Origin: a virus
Lineage: Duplodnaviria; Caudoviricetes
Direction: 5' to 3' (one strand)
DNA length: 59,503 bases
Virus record (IMG/VR): IMGVR_UViG_3300043715_000001
Span: 1 to 59,503 of that record
Shown one piece after another: positions 47,072-54,988 of the stretch. Position numbers and translations under genes: made by a program. The stretch's first letter is position 1. Each line of letters starts with the position of its first letter. Below the pieces are notes generated by a model. It searched no databases, was not told where the DNA came from, and saw only the letters and a program-made list of their open reading frames with translations.

Positions 47072-48516
47072 GTCCATCCTCTTGCGTTTACTGGTTTGAC
47101 CTCCCGGCGCTGCGTGCCGTGGAGACTTCCAAACATTGCGCCGCCGTCCGCGTGCAAGCACATGTACTGACACCCGTCCGCCACGTGTGAGTATATTCCC
47201 TTGTCAGGAGCGTCCTCCATGCCGCCGGTCTTCTTGATGCGGTAGCGATAACCGCCGTTCAGAGCCGCCACGAGAGCCGTACAGCTGGGGTCGACCAGGA
47301 AGCCAGCGCCACCGTCGACTTGGAGGGCAAGCCACCTCTCCACAGCGCTGAGCCGCGCCTGGATAGCGTTCGTGCGCGCAGGCGTAACCCTGAAGTTCTC
47401 GGCCTTGAGGATGTCGAAGCAGGACCGCTCGTCGGTTTGTGAGCGCTGCGCGCCCGCGGGGTCGCCGATCACCACCACAGAGTGGCCAGGGAAGCGTTCT
47501 GCAAGCAGTGGTTTAAGCTTCTCGGCGATAAACCGCTTGATGCCCATACCCTCGGACGTGAGACATGCTAACACGAGCAGTCTGCCGTGCATATCAAGCT
47601 GCCCGATGGTGGCCGCAGGCGATAATCCGAAGTCCATACCAACGATTAGTGGCTTAAGGGATGATTTGATGGCGGACAAAGGCCCTTTGGCGACGTGGAA
47701 GTCGCGCCGGAAGCTCGGGAACACAGGTTTCCCGGCCAGCGAGCGCCCGTATTTGCCATGGATATAGACATCGACCCAGTCTTCCGCCTTTCCCTCGGCT
47801 AAATCCGTGTAGTAATCGGTTGGCAAGAGGTGCGTCCAATCGGCGTCGGGGCTCAATCCTGACGGTTGGAACACCACGGTGGCGTTTTTTGGAGGCGAGT
47901 CGAGCCACTTCTGCCACCAGGAGTCGTATTCAGGTGGGTTAGTGGCCCCCCAAAGGTGCTTATTGGGGGTCCCATCGTCCGTGACGCATCCTTGAACGGG
48001 ATTTCCGGAGGCGTCGGCCCCCCACCCAGGACGATGTGGCACCAACATCCCATCGGGGTATCGTCCCAAGCGTCCCTGCAGCGCTTCAAAAATCTTCGGA
48101 TTGATCTCGCGAAACTCGTCCAGTATCCCGAAACTCGCTTGAAGAGATAGCAGACGGCGAACGTCGTTAGCATCATCCAGTCCGCGAAATAGAACCTCGC
48201 ATTCAACATCGTCAAACCTCAGCATGAAGCGCCGCTCGGTCTTTAGGTAGGACCCGGCGAGCCCGTCCGGAAACCACTTCATCCAGTCAGGGATGGTGCT
48301 ATCCTGCAACATCTCTCGAGTGTTGCGCACAACAATAGCTCGTGAGTGCCGGATGCCGTCCCGCGCCCGCGCCATCTTCTTGGCATGGTATGCCACCTTT
48401 ACCAGTGCCGCCGTAGTCTTCGTAGAGCCAATAGGCCCCACAATCATCGAGACAAAGCTCTCGCTGCAGAAGAACGGCGCCACTGTGCCGGGCGGGTTGT
48501 AAATGAGATCGGTCAT
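47068..48516 (-). CDS. terL: Terminase large subunit
   Basis: IVGPIGSTKT Walker A, VVRNT, ILDEFRE Walker B, ATNPP, GMDFGLSPA, SHVADGCQY nuclease motifs. Confidence 0.93.
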   Translation of the reverse strand: MTDLIYNPPGTVAPFFCSESFVSMIVGPIGSTKTTAALVKVAYHAKKMARARDGIRHSRAIVVRNTREMLQDSTIPDWMKWFPDGLAGSYLKTERRFMLRFDDVECEVLFRGLDDANDVRRLLSLQASFGILDEFREINPKIFEALQGRLGRYPDGMLVPHRPGWGADASGNPVQGCVTDDGTPNKHLWGATNPPEYDSWWQKWLDSPPKNATVVFQPSGLSPDADWTHLLPTDYYTDLAEGKAEDWVDVYIHGKYGRSLAGKPVFPSFRRDFHVAKGPLSAIKSSLKPLIVGMDFGLSPAATIGQLDMHGRLLVLACLTSEGMGIKRFIAEKLKPLLAERFPGHSVVVIGDPAGAQRSQTDERSCFDILKAENFRVTPARTNAIQARLSAVERWLALQVDGGAGFLVDPSCTALVAALNGGYRYRIKKTGGMEDAPDKGIYSHVADGCQYMCLHADGGAMFGSLHGTQRREVKPVNARGWT

Positions 48517-48584
48517 GGCCAGACAAGATAGAGCAACCCCAGTTCGAGCGCGATGAGGAAGAAAACCGCCAGCCGGTCAGACAC
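48513..48584 (-). CDS. 23-aa hydrophobic micropeptide
   Basis: GTG start; MSDRLAVFFLIALELGLLYLVWP; fills the gap exactly, ATGA coupling to terL. Confidence 0.45.
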   Translation of the reverse strand: MSDRLAVFFLIALELGLLYLVWP

Positions 48585-48948
48585 CTTGCTTCTCGCAGCA
48601 CATGCGATAGCCTTCCAACTCCCACAGCTGGTTCTTGGCGTTGTCGAGCGCGAGGCGCTTGCCGATCTCCTCGTCGAAGTTCTCGGCGTTGACGCAAGCC
48701 GACTTGCCTATGACCGTGAAGCCGTTAGGAAGTGTAAGCGCGCAGAGCGTGACTGTCGTCTCGGGGACGCGCTTGTACCACACGGTCGACGACCAGACCA
48801 TCTCCTCGATGGCGATCGCGGTAATGCGCGGCTTCGTGGCGATCTTCGCCAACATTTCTTCAGTGACCATCACGGTTCCCTCCAAGTCGTCCATCCCCAC
48901 CAGCTGGCCCTTGACCAGCGCGCGCCCGTCTGAGAGACGGGTTATCAC
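48577..48948 (-). CDS. N4 gp49/Sf6 gp66 family protein (candidate cyclic-nucleotide sponge)
   Basis: TVTLCALTLPNGFTVIGKSACVNAENFDEEIGKRLALDNAKNQLWELEGY signature. Confidence 0.85.
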   Translation of the reverse strand: MITRLSDGRALVKGQLVGMDDLEGTVMVTEEMLAKIATKPRITAIAIEEMVWSSTVWYKRVPETTVTLCALTLPNGFTVIGKSACVNAENFDEEIGKRLALDNAKNQLWELEGYRMCCEKQGV

Positions 48949-49337
48949 AACGCCACGCCCGCGAGGTCGTGGTTCCCCCCAAACTCGATTGCGAACACGT
49001 CAGGCATCTCGCCCTCGATCTCCTCCGGCTCCGCCGTGGCATTGATGACGATCGGCTGCACCCCAGTATGTTGAGGTATGTTGATCGTGATGCTGAACTT
49101 GTCATGGCCCCCCACCGCTGCGGGCGCATCCTTACGCGGATACATCTCTCCGATAAGCCACAGCTCCTTGCCGATCGCCAGCCTCATGCTGGTGGATGTC
49201 TCTGGGTCCATCGCGTTCTGGAAGAGCTTCCCCATCACAGGGATGCCTAGACGACGCGCCACCTCACGCACCACCGAGGGGTCTTGTTCCGCGGCAGCCA
49301 TGATATGTTCCAACGCGTCGTTTGGGTCGATGCGCAT
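48945..49337 (-). CDS. Putative terminase small subunit
   Basis: Helical core plus C-terminal FSITINI strand; upstream of terL. Confidence 0.55.
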   Translation of the reverse strand: MRIDPNDALEHIMAAAEQDPSVVREVARRLGIPVMGKLFQNAMDPETSTSMRLAIGKELWLIGEMYPRKDAPAAVGGHDKFSITINIPQHTGVQPIVINATAEPEEIEGEMPDVFAIEFGGNHDLAGVAL

Positions 49338-49345
49338 GAGAGGGG

Positions 49346-49810
49346 TTATACCTCCTTGCTGGCCCCCAAGCCTGCCCACATGACTGCGGTGCGCAGGAAG
49401 GTGCGCGCGTTATCAAACTCTTCGAGAGTGTCCGGCTCGGGCCGTTTCTCGTCGAGGTAGTTGATGTAGGTGTGCAGGATCGCGCCAAGGACTTTGACGA
49501 CCAAAATCTCTGGCGTGGACGGAGTCGTCAGCCGGTAAGCCTCGATCGCGTCAAGGTCTGGCGTGATTTCCGTCACGTGGCCGGTGCCGTCGTAAAGCTT
49601 GACGAACACGGAGGGGTCGCCGGGAAGCTGAGACTGGGGCTGTGGCTGGTTGGCGTCCTGGGGTGCCTCGTTGGCCTGCGCCAGAGCAGCGCCACCCAGG
49701 AGCGCGCCGATAAGGTTGTGCAGCCGCGACTCGCGGAACTTGTTCAGTTCCTCCATCGCCTTGCCGAGTTCGTCGGGCTTCAGGTTCGGAAACTCAATTT
49801 TGATCGGCAT
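49346..49810 (-). CDS. Protein with C-terminal Acb2/Tad1-like helical hairpin
   Basis: K..GA.L...I......ARTFLRTAVMWA resembles the AxTxLExAxMWA motif. Confidence 0.45.
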   Translation of the reverse strand: MPIKIEFPNLKPDELGKAMEELNKFRESRLHNLIGALLGGAALAQANEAPQDANQPQPQSQLPGDPSVFVKLYDGTGHVTEITPDLDAIEAYRLTTPSTPEILVVKVLGAILHTYINYLDEKRPEPDTLEEFDNARTFLRTAVMWAGLGASKEV

Positions 49811-50105
49811 CGCGGGCTGCTCCTGGGTTGGCCTGCGTCTGTGCAGGCGTGGGTAGTAAATGTGTGACATCGCGGGGAGATATGCACGTTGTTAGGTGGT
49901 TTGTCAAGTTTGTTAGCATGAGGGGGAGCTATGTGCTACGGGATGGGGCTATGCGCGAAGCCTACGCCCTGCGACAAACTGACTATTGAATATGGCAAAG
50001 ATCGCTCCTTAATATACTGTCGTAAAAGGTTAACAAGCAGGTTGCTGTGATGCTCAGAGGGCTGGTTACAATCCCACAGTTGTAGCAAGAGCTGAGCACA
50101 GCGGA

Positions 50106-50144
50106 GAAGGCGGCTCCACCTCCCTGGGGCCGTCTTTTCTTTTT
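50106..50144 (+). terminator. Rho-independent terminator (possibly bidirectional)
   Basis: GAAGGCGGCTCCA/TGGGGCCGTCTTT stem followed by TCTTTTT. Confidence 0.65.
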
Positions 50145-50883
50145 AAACAGAGCATGGGACCTCAGCAGGGTTCAATAGTGAGTTGTAGACAGCCCGCTTC
50201 TTGCGCAGGTGTGCGCCCACCTCGGCATACTGAGCTACGACTCCAAACGGAATGCCTAGCGCCAGCGAAGCCTTGACATCACAAATATCCACCGCCCACC
50301 TGTCAGACCACTCCGTCAAATTTAAGAGTTCGTCATCCCATGCGTAGAGGTTGCTGGTCCGCTTGTTGTTCTGCTGCACCACAGGGGCGGCCCACCGGCA
50401 GTTCTTCGGCTCGTAGTCGCCGTTGTTGTTCTCACGGTCTAACGTCATACCTTTAGGCCGAGGCCCCATGTCGGCCACGAAGTCCTTAAACGAGTTACGC
50501 CACCGATCGCAGACCTTGATGCCACGCGCACCGTAATAAGGGTATCTATCGTGTCTCGAGTCATGGCAACGCCTAACCATGATATTCCACGTGTTGAACA
50601 GCTTGTGCTTACGATCCTCAGAATCGACACCCAAGAACGGGGTCCCCGGATTTCTCGTAGTGCTCGGCATCTTACGACGCGCGCCCTGGCAACTCTCACA
50701 CGCTGTCTTAGGGCGGTTCCGCGCCACGGTGCGGGCGGGCACGGTAGTCTTGTTGCCGCAGTCGCACAGAGCAGAGTAAATCAGGTGGCTATCGTGCTTG
50801 CCGGACTTCCTGATGAACGGGATGCGGTCTGCTATGCCTGTTATGGTGAGGTGTCCGACACGTCTTCCTTTGAGCGCCGTCAT
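50143..50883 (-). CDS. HNH-type homing endonuclease
   Basis: LKGRRVGHLT..CDCGN; YGARGIKVCDRWRNSFKDFVADMGPRPKGMTLDRENNNGDYEPKNCRWA. Confidence 0.88.
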   Translation of the reverse strand: MTALKGRRVGHLTITGIADRIPFIRKSGKHDSHLIYSALCDCGNKTTVPARTVARNRPKTACESCQGARRKMPSTTRNPGTPFLGVDSEDRKHKLFNTWNIMVRRCHDSRHDRYPYYGARGIKVCDRWRNSFKDFVADMGPRPKGMTLDRENNNGDYEPKNCRWAAPVVQQNNKRTSNLYAWDDELLNLTEWSDRWAVDICDVKASLALGIPFGVVAQYAEVGAHLRKKRAVYNSLLNPAEVPCSV

Positions 50884-50897
50884 GGCTACCCTCCGTA

Positions 50898-50945
50898 GTT
50901 AGCTTATCCTGAGATAGTGTTAGCATGTCGGACATGGATAGTCAA
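50898..50945 (-). promoter_or_regulatory. Promoter-like site with phased GCTAAC boxes
   Basis: Minus-strand TTGACT-N17-TAACAC; GTTAG at 50898 and 50919. Confidence 0.5.
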
Positions 50946-51224
50946 ACTAATTTTGGACATGGATAAAAAACGCCTTTTGAAATGCGAGCACAACCTAAGG
51001 CCGCCCCTGGCCAACTTTAGCGTGTGCCCCATACCCCGGCGTGGCCATGTCCACCACGCGATATTTAGCTGTGTCCATGTCCATGTTAGCGTCTTGACAG
51101 CCTGTCTGGCAAGCGTCCAAGGCTGTGGATAACTCGCGTGCCACTGTTTCACAGCATGTTTCACAAGGCGTTTCGCGCGTCGTGTCGGTGGTGCGTCAGT
51201 CCTAACCATGCAGCCTTTTCCTAA

Positions 51225-51241
51225 GGTTAAATGGTTTAACC
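51225..51241. repeat. 17-bp palindrome copy 3
   Basis: GGTTAAATGGTTTAACC, abutting a perfect 16-bp palindrome CCTGCCGATCGGCAGG (51240-51255). Confidence 0.8.
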
Positions 51242-51258
51242 TGCCGATCGGCAGGCAT

Positions 51259-51287
51259 AAAAAAGCCCCGCTTGTGAGGCGGGGCTT
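51259..51287 (-). terminator. Rho-independent terminator
   Basis: Minus strand AAGCCCCGCC-TCACA-AGCGGGGCTTTTTT. Confidence 0.85.
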
Positions 51288-51316
51288 GATGTCTTGGTGC
51301 GTGAGGTGCTGGTCTG

Positions 51317-51442
51317 CTAGGCTTGGATTGTCCGCTTGGCGTCAGAACGCTTCTGCGTTTTCTTCCACTTGCGCTTGCGTATCTGTTGCTCAAGTGGTGC
51401 CTTGGACATGGCCTTGTCCTTAATGATGTGTTGCTTTGCCAT
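51317..51442 (-). CDS. 41-aa very basic peptide
   Basis: GAGAGGA RBS; MAKQHIIKDKAMSKAPLEQQIRKRKWKKTQKRSDAKRTIQA. Confidence 0.5.
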   Translation of the reverse strand: MAKQHIIKDKAMSKAPLEQQIRKRKWKKTQKRSDAKRTIQA

Positions 51443-51468
51443 GGTGGCTAGTCCTCTCAGTTGTGGGG

Positions 51469-52344
51469 TTACTTCGCTGCTACGTCGCTCGCAAGGATGG
51501 TGTTGCACCACTTCACGAACTGGTCACGGTGATCAACCAGCACCTTTTCAAGCTTGGCGGCTAGATCACCATTGCGCGTAAGGATCATGGCGCACGCGTG
51601 CAACTGGTCGACTGTGTACTGCTTACGCGGAACATACCTCAGTTCAGTTGAACCAGTTGAACTGGTAACAGTTGCACTGGTAGCAGTTGAACCAGTTGCT
51701 TTCTCGCCTGCCATGCTGGGTTGACGGCTAGACCGCGTGTCCTCTTCTTTGACGCCAGCTGCTACCAGCTGTTCCGTGTAAGACTTGTAAAGGCTGCTGA
51801 TAGTAGTCGCAGCGCTGTCCAGCCCCGCCACGCCAGCGAGGAAAAAAGTCTTGGCATAGGAACGCCAAGTCTTTTGCGAGTTCTTAGGACTCGCCTTGTA
51901 CGCCGTGGCGATAGTCGCCGCGACGATGTCTTTAACGTCGTCATAGTCGACGGTAAGCTTCAACCGCGTGAACTCATGGCCTTGCGCGTAAAACTCTTCC
52001 ATGAGTTCAAGCCCGGCTTTCTCTTTCGCGCCGTCTGCTTTCGCGAAAGCCTTTGCTGCTGCTCTGCCTGCCTCTTCAAGCGCTTCACGCGCCCCAGCAA
52101 GGCGGTCATCAAGCGCCGTTGACCTAGCAGCCACGCGGGCTTTATTGGCGTCAGCGGGGCTTGGTGCTGGCGTGGGTGCGGGGATATCCGCGAAAGACTT
52201 GAGTTTGGCTTGCTGGGAAGCCTTAGAAGGCTTTGCCTTGCCTTTCTTGGCTGCCTTGGGCAGTGCCGAGGTAGAAGTCTTTGCAAGGGACTCGGAAGCG
52301 GGAACGGTTTCAACGGAAGGCGCGGCTTGGGTTTCAGTAGTCAT
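51469..52344 (-). CDS. Ala/Lys-rich leftward early protein, unknown function
   Basis: AAGGA RBS, own promoter and downstream terminator. Confidence 0.7.
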   Translation of the reverse strand: MTTETQAAPSVETVPASESLAKTSTSALPKAAKKGKAKPSKASQQAKLKSFADIPAPTPAPSPADANKARVAARSTALDDRLAGAREALEEAGRAAAKAFAKADGAKEKAGLELMEEFYAQGHEFTRLKLTVDYDDVKDIVAATIATAYKASPKNSQKTWRSYAKTFFLAGVAGLDSAATTISSLYKSYTEQLVAAGVKEEDTRSSRQPSMAGEKATGSTATSATVTSSTGSTELRYVPRKQYTVDQLHACAMILTRNGDLAAKLEKVLVDHRDQFVKWCNTILASDVAAK

Positions 52345-52404
52345 GACGTGTAGGTCCTTTAAGGTTGGGTTAGGGGCACAGTTTGCCCCTGCTCTCTTGA
52401 GCCT

Positions 52405-52437
52405 GCTAACAATGCCACAAAACATGCTAACAGTCAA
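52405..52437 (-). promoter_or_regulatory. Leftward promoter overlapped by two GCTAACA boxes
   Basis: Minus-strand TTGACT-N17-CATTGT; GCTAACA at 52405 and 52426. Confidence 0.55.
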
Positions 52438-52471
52438 GATGAATAATTCGTAAACGTACTCAACCGTGGCA

Positions 52472-52488
52472 GGTTAAACGGTTTAACC
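52472..52488. repeat. 17-bp palindrome copy 4
   Basis: CAGGTTAAAC-G-GTTTAACCTG, with outer ACTCAAC/GTTGAGT arms. Confidence 0.85.
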
Positions 52489-52499
52489 TGGTTGAGTTC

Positions 52500-52515
52500 G
52501 TTAAGGATTTGTTAA
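52500..52515 (-). promoter_or_regulatory. CtrA-box match
   Basis: Minus strand TTAA-CAAATCC-TTAAC fits TTAA-N7-TTAAC. Confidence 0.4.
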
Positions 52516-52937
52516 GGAATGGGGCTTGCGGGGTGCGTGTGGTGGGTTTTTTGGGCTTTGGCCGGTTTTTACAACCGTTGTCCGGTTTTTTCACCACAGG
52601 ACAAGCCCGCCGCAGGCGGGAAAAGTGCTGATTTTACAGTATTATATTATATCATTTCTATTAGAAGTAGTAGTAGTTATGTCCAATTGTCCACCAAAAA
52701 TGAGGAGAGATTTATGCGAGGGGGGGGTGGGGGGGGAATTTTTTGCGCGCGTCATTTCCCCCCCCCCACGCAAAATTCTATAGCGGGGGTTCTCCGGGCG
52801 GACTGGACAAGACAAACGGTCAAACCACCGCTAAACCATTGACACACAAGGCTTTTTCTCGCCCACAAGCTCTCGCGATGCTGGACATACAGCTGGACAA
52901 AAAACCGTAAAAACAGCCTCACATAACATTTTTTCAC

Positions 52938-53007
52938 GCTAACGCTTGACAATTTGTCCGGAAATGTTAGCTTATATTTGCGTCAAGTTAGACGCTGAAA
53001 TGCTAAC
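52938..53007 (+). promoter_or_regulatory. Rightward promoter region with four CTAAC/GTTAG boxes
   Basis: TTGACA at 52946; GCTAAC 52938, GTTAG 52966 and 52987, GCTAAC 53002. Confidence 0.55.
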
Positions 53008-53021
53008 TGGGATCAAAAAAT

Positions 53022-53240
53022 ATGCCACAATGTCGCTACACCTTGCATGAAAAAGTCAGCGCGAAGTTGAGATCGCTCGCTGATGACGCAGGTTTGTCTG
53101 AGTCAGCCATGCTGACCGTCATCATAAACGCGCATGTGGCGAGTCAGCAGACCGCGCAAGCGCCCTCACGTAAAACCGTCAAACCAAGGCAGCTGACCGT
53201 CGACGAGCAGCTTGCGGCCCTCGAAGGAGACCCAGAATGA
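53022..53240 (+). CDS. Ribbon-helix-helix (CopG/Arc-like) DNA-binding protein
   Basis: QCRYTL beta strand then HEKVSAKLRSLADDAGLSESAMLTVII helix-G-S-helix. Confidence 0.65.
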   Translation: MPQCRYTLHEKVSAKLRSLADDAGLSESAMLTVIINAHVASQQTAQAPSRKTVKPRQLTVDEQLAALEGDPE

Positions 53241-53710
53241 AACCGAGCGACTACGATGACGCCGACGTGTTCGCGCACGAAGCCGAGAAGCACTGCAAGT
53301 CTGTGGAGAAGGTGCAGGCCATCTTCGCAAGCTTGAAGCCTGACACTTACAAGATCGAAATGCGCAAGCGCAAGGCCGCGCTGGCTGCCGCTGGTGTCAT
53401 GCCTGCTCCAAAGACCGAAAAGGTTCAACGGGAGCGCGCGGACCCTGATTATGTGTTCGGGAAGGCTGTGTGGGCGCGTTGTGCCGAGCATGGCCTACCA
53501 GACGGCGCTTTCCCGGCTCAAATCGCACTAGTAGACGGTCGCGTGTTTCGCCGTGTCCTTGGTAGGAATTTCGCAACTTATGTGGAGTCCGTGGAGGATG
53601 AGCAGCGCGTGCACGACGCGGTCGAGGCTGAGGATGCGGCTACTCTCAGTGAAATGTGGGCCAACGCCATGCGCGCATGGTTGGCTGATCCTGAAGCAAC
53701 TATAGGTTAA
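53237..53710 (+). CDS. Hypothetical early protein
   Basis: AAGGAG RBS, ATGA coupling; stop codon lies inside palindrome copy 5. Confidence 0.7.
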   Translation: MKPSDYDDADVFAHEAEKHCKSVEKVQAIFASLKPDTYKIEMRKRKAALAAAGVMPAPKTEKVQRERADPDYVFGKAVWARCAEHGLPDGAFPAQIALVDGRVFRRVLGRNFATYVESVEDEQRVHDAVEAEDAATLSEMWANAMRAWLADPEATIG

Positions 53711-53721
53711 ACCGTTTAACC
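53705..53721. repeat. 17-bp palindrome copy 5
   Basis: GGTTAAACCGTTTAACC. Confidence 0.85.
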
Positions 53722-53815
53722 TCACCACAAGGGACCAACTGCTCACCACGAGGGCAGGCGGGGACGCGTGGATATACTACATGGAGTTGGCTGGGTGGAA
53801 GAAAATCTGAGTACA

Positions 53816-53844
53816 TTGACATAAACCACAAGTTGTACTATAAT
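53816..53844 (+). promoter_or_regulatory. Consensus sigma70 promoter
   Basis: TTGACA-N17-TATAAT. Confidence 0.85.
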
Positions 53845-53871
53845 AATGATACTCGGAAAAGGATTACGGAC

Positions 53872-53997
53872 ATGGGGCTACGCCCAGCGGGCATGACGCT
53901 TGAGCGCCGCGACAACGACCGCGACTTCTGGATCAAGTTAAACCGTTTAACCGAGGCGAGCGAAGCGCAGCCGATTATAACCGAAAGGAACGACTGA
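53872..53997 (+). pseudogene. 41-codon ORF starting with an internal HNH endonuclease fragment
   Basis: (D)MGLRPAGMTLERRDNDRDF matches DMGPRPKGMTLDRENNNGDY of the HNH genes at 3274 and 50143. Confidence 0.55.
53936..53952. repeat. 17-bp palindrome copy 6
   Basis: AGTTAAACCGTTTAACC (one mismatch). Confidence 0.8.
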
Positions 53998-53998
53998 C

Positions 53999-54259
53999 AT
54001 GAACGTCAAACTCACCAACAACGACGAGTACGACCGGTGGTTGCTCACAGAGACCGCCGTGGTGCCTAACGAGCCGCCGAGCTTCGTGGCGTACACCATG
54101 CGCCGGGTTCTCGAAGACGTGTGCCAGCGCGACGAGCAGAAATTTGCGCTTGTGTTCCAACTCATGGAGCAGGCGTTCGACGCCGGGCGCATTACGGGCC
54201 AGCTCGACATCCTGGACACCGACGAAGGAAGGCTCTTTCGTCGTGCGTTAGCAAACTAA
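53999..54259 (+). CDS. Hypothetical early protein
   Basis: AAAGGA RBS. Confidence 0.65.
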   Translation: MNVKLTNNDEYDRWLLTETAVVPNEPPSFVAYTMRRVLEDVCQRDEQKFALVFQLMEQAFDAGRITGQLDILDTDEGRLFRRALAN

Positions 54260-54272
54260 GGAGTAAGCTAAC

Positions 54273-54482
54273 ATGGTCTGGGAACCTAAAGCCGGTGAAG
54301 TCTACCGGCGCATTGCTGGCGCACAACTCGGCAACATCGCCCAAGGCGATCTTGTGCTCGTCAGGGATATGGACGGGCTCATAAGCTCGGACGGCGGCAA
54401 GTATGGGCACCTCGTGGTGCTCCGTACCGGCAAGACGATACACTTTCCGCTCTTTGAGCGGTTTTGGGAGAAGGTATCATGA
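54273..54482 (+). CDS. Small SH3-like hypothetical protein
   Basis: AAGGAG RBS; beta-rich. Confidence 0.65.
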   Translation: MVWEPKAGEVYRRIAGAQLGNIAQGDLVLVRDMDGLISSDGGKYGHLVVLRTGKTIHFPLFERFWEKVS

Positions 54483-54808
54483 AAACCCGCACCAAGACTT
54501 ATACTAAAGTCGAGGTTCACCACGACTTGAGCCCGTCCGACCCGCGCAAGGACATGGACCTTGAGCGTTCAAGGTTAAACGATTTAACCGGGCAGGTGCT
54601 TACCTGCCTTGCGCCCACCAGACACTGGTCCGACGACGAGGGCTGGTGGGTGAGAATAGAGATCGGCGACGTGGGCGTCGTGGTGGAACTCATGACCTTC
54701 ACATCCAACGCCATGCCGGTGTACGAAGTTCTGCTGCTCCGGCAACGAGTCAAGGTGTTTATCGCGCCTGAATCCCTTCACAACATAACCCAATGGAGAC
54801 TATCATGA
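54479..54808 (+). CDS. Hypothetical early protein
   Basis: ATGA coupling; contains palindrome copy 7. Confidence 0.6.
   Translation: MKTRTKTYTKVEVHHDLSPSDPRKDMDLERSRLNDLTGQVLTCLAPTRHWSDDEGWWVRIEIGDVGVVVELMTFTSNAMPVYEVLLLRQRVKVFIAPESLHNITQWRLS
54573..54589. repeat. 17-bp palindrome copy 7
   Basis: GGTTAAACGATTTAACC. Confidence 0.8.
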
Positions 54809-54836
54809 AAAGAATTACCAATCACGAGGTGGCGGC

Positions 54837-54929
54837 ATGAGTGAACTCGTTTACAATCTGCTCGTCCTCTGCCTGTGGTTCGGGTTGCTGTGCGTCTGCG
54901 CGGTCTATGTCCACTTCGACAAGTTTTAA
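54837..54929 (+). CDS. 30-aa membrane micropeptide
   Basis: GAGGTGG RBS; MSELVYNLLVLCLWFGLLCVCAVYVHFDKF; bridged to the upstream gene by an 11-codon ORF (54805-54840). Confidence 0.5.
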   Translation: MSELVYNLLVLCLWFGLLCVCAVYVHFDKF

Positions 54930-54988
54930 CCCCTAACACGAGTCCGTTGTCATGCGTACCCTATCAACTCTCACAACGGAGAACTAAA

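Noticed and set aside
28568-49942. TGTGCTACGGG shared by two late intergenic regions (28568 and 49932)
   Set aside because: Only two copies of an 11-mer, which is expected by chance in 60 kb
50055-50100. Twister ribozyme suggested by GGTTACAATCCC
   Set aside because: The closing stem and pseudoknot partners are missing; kept only as a generic structured RNA candidate
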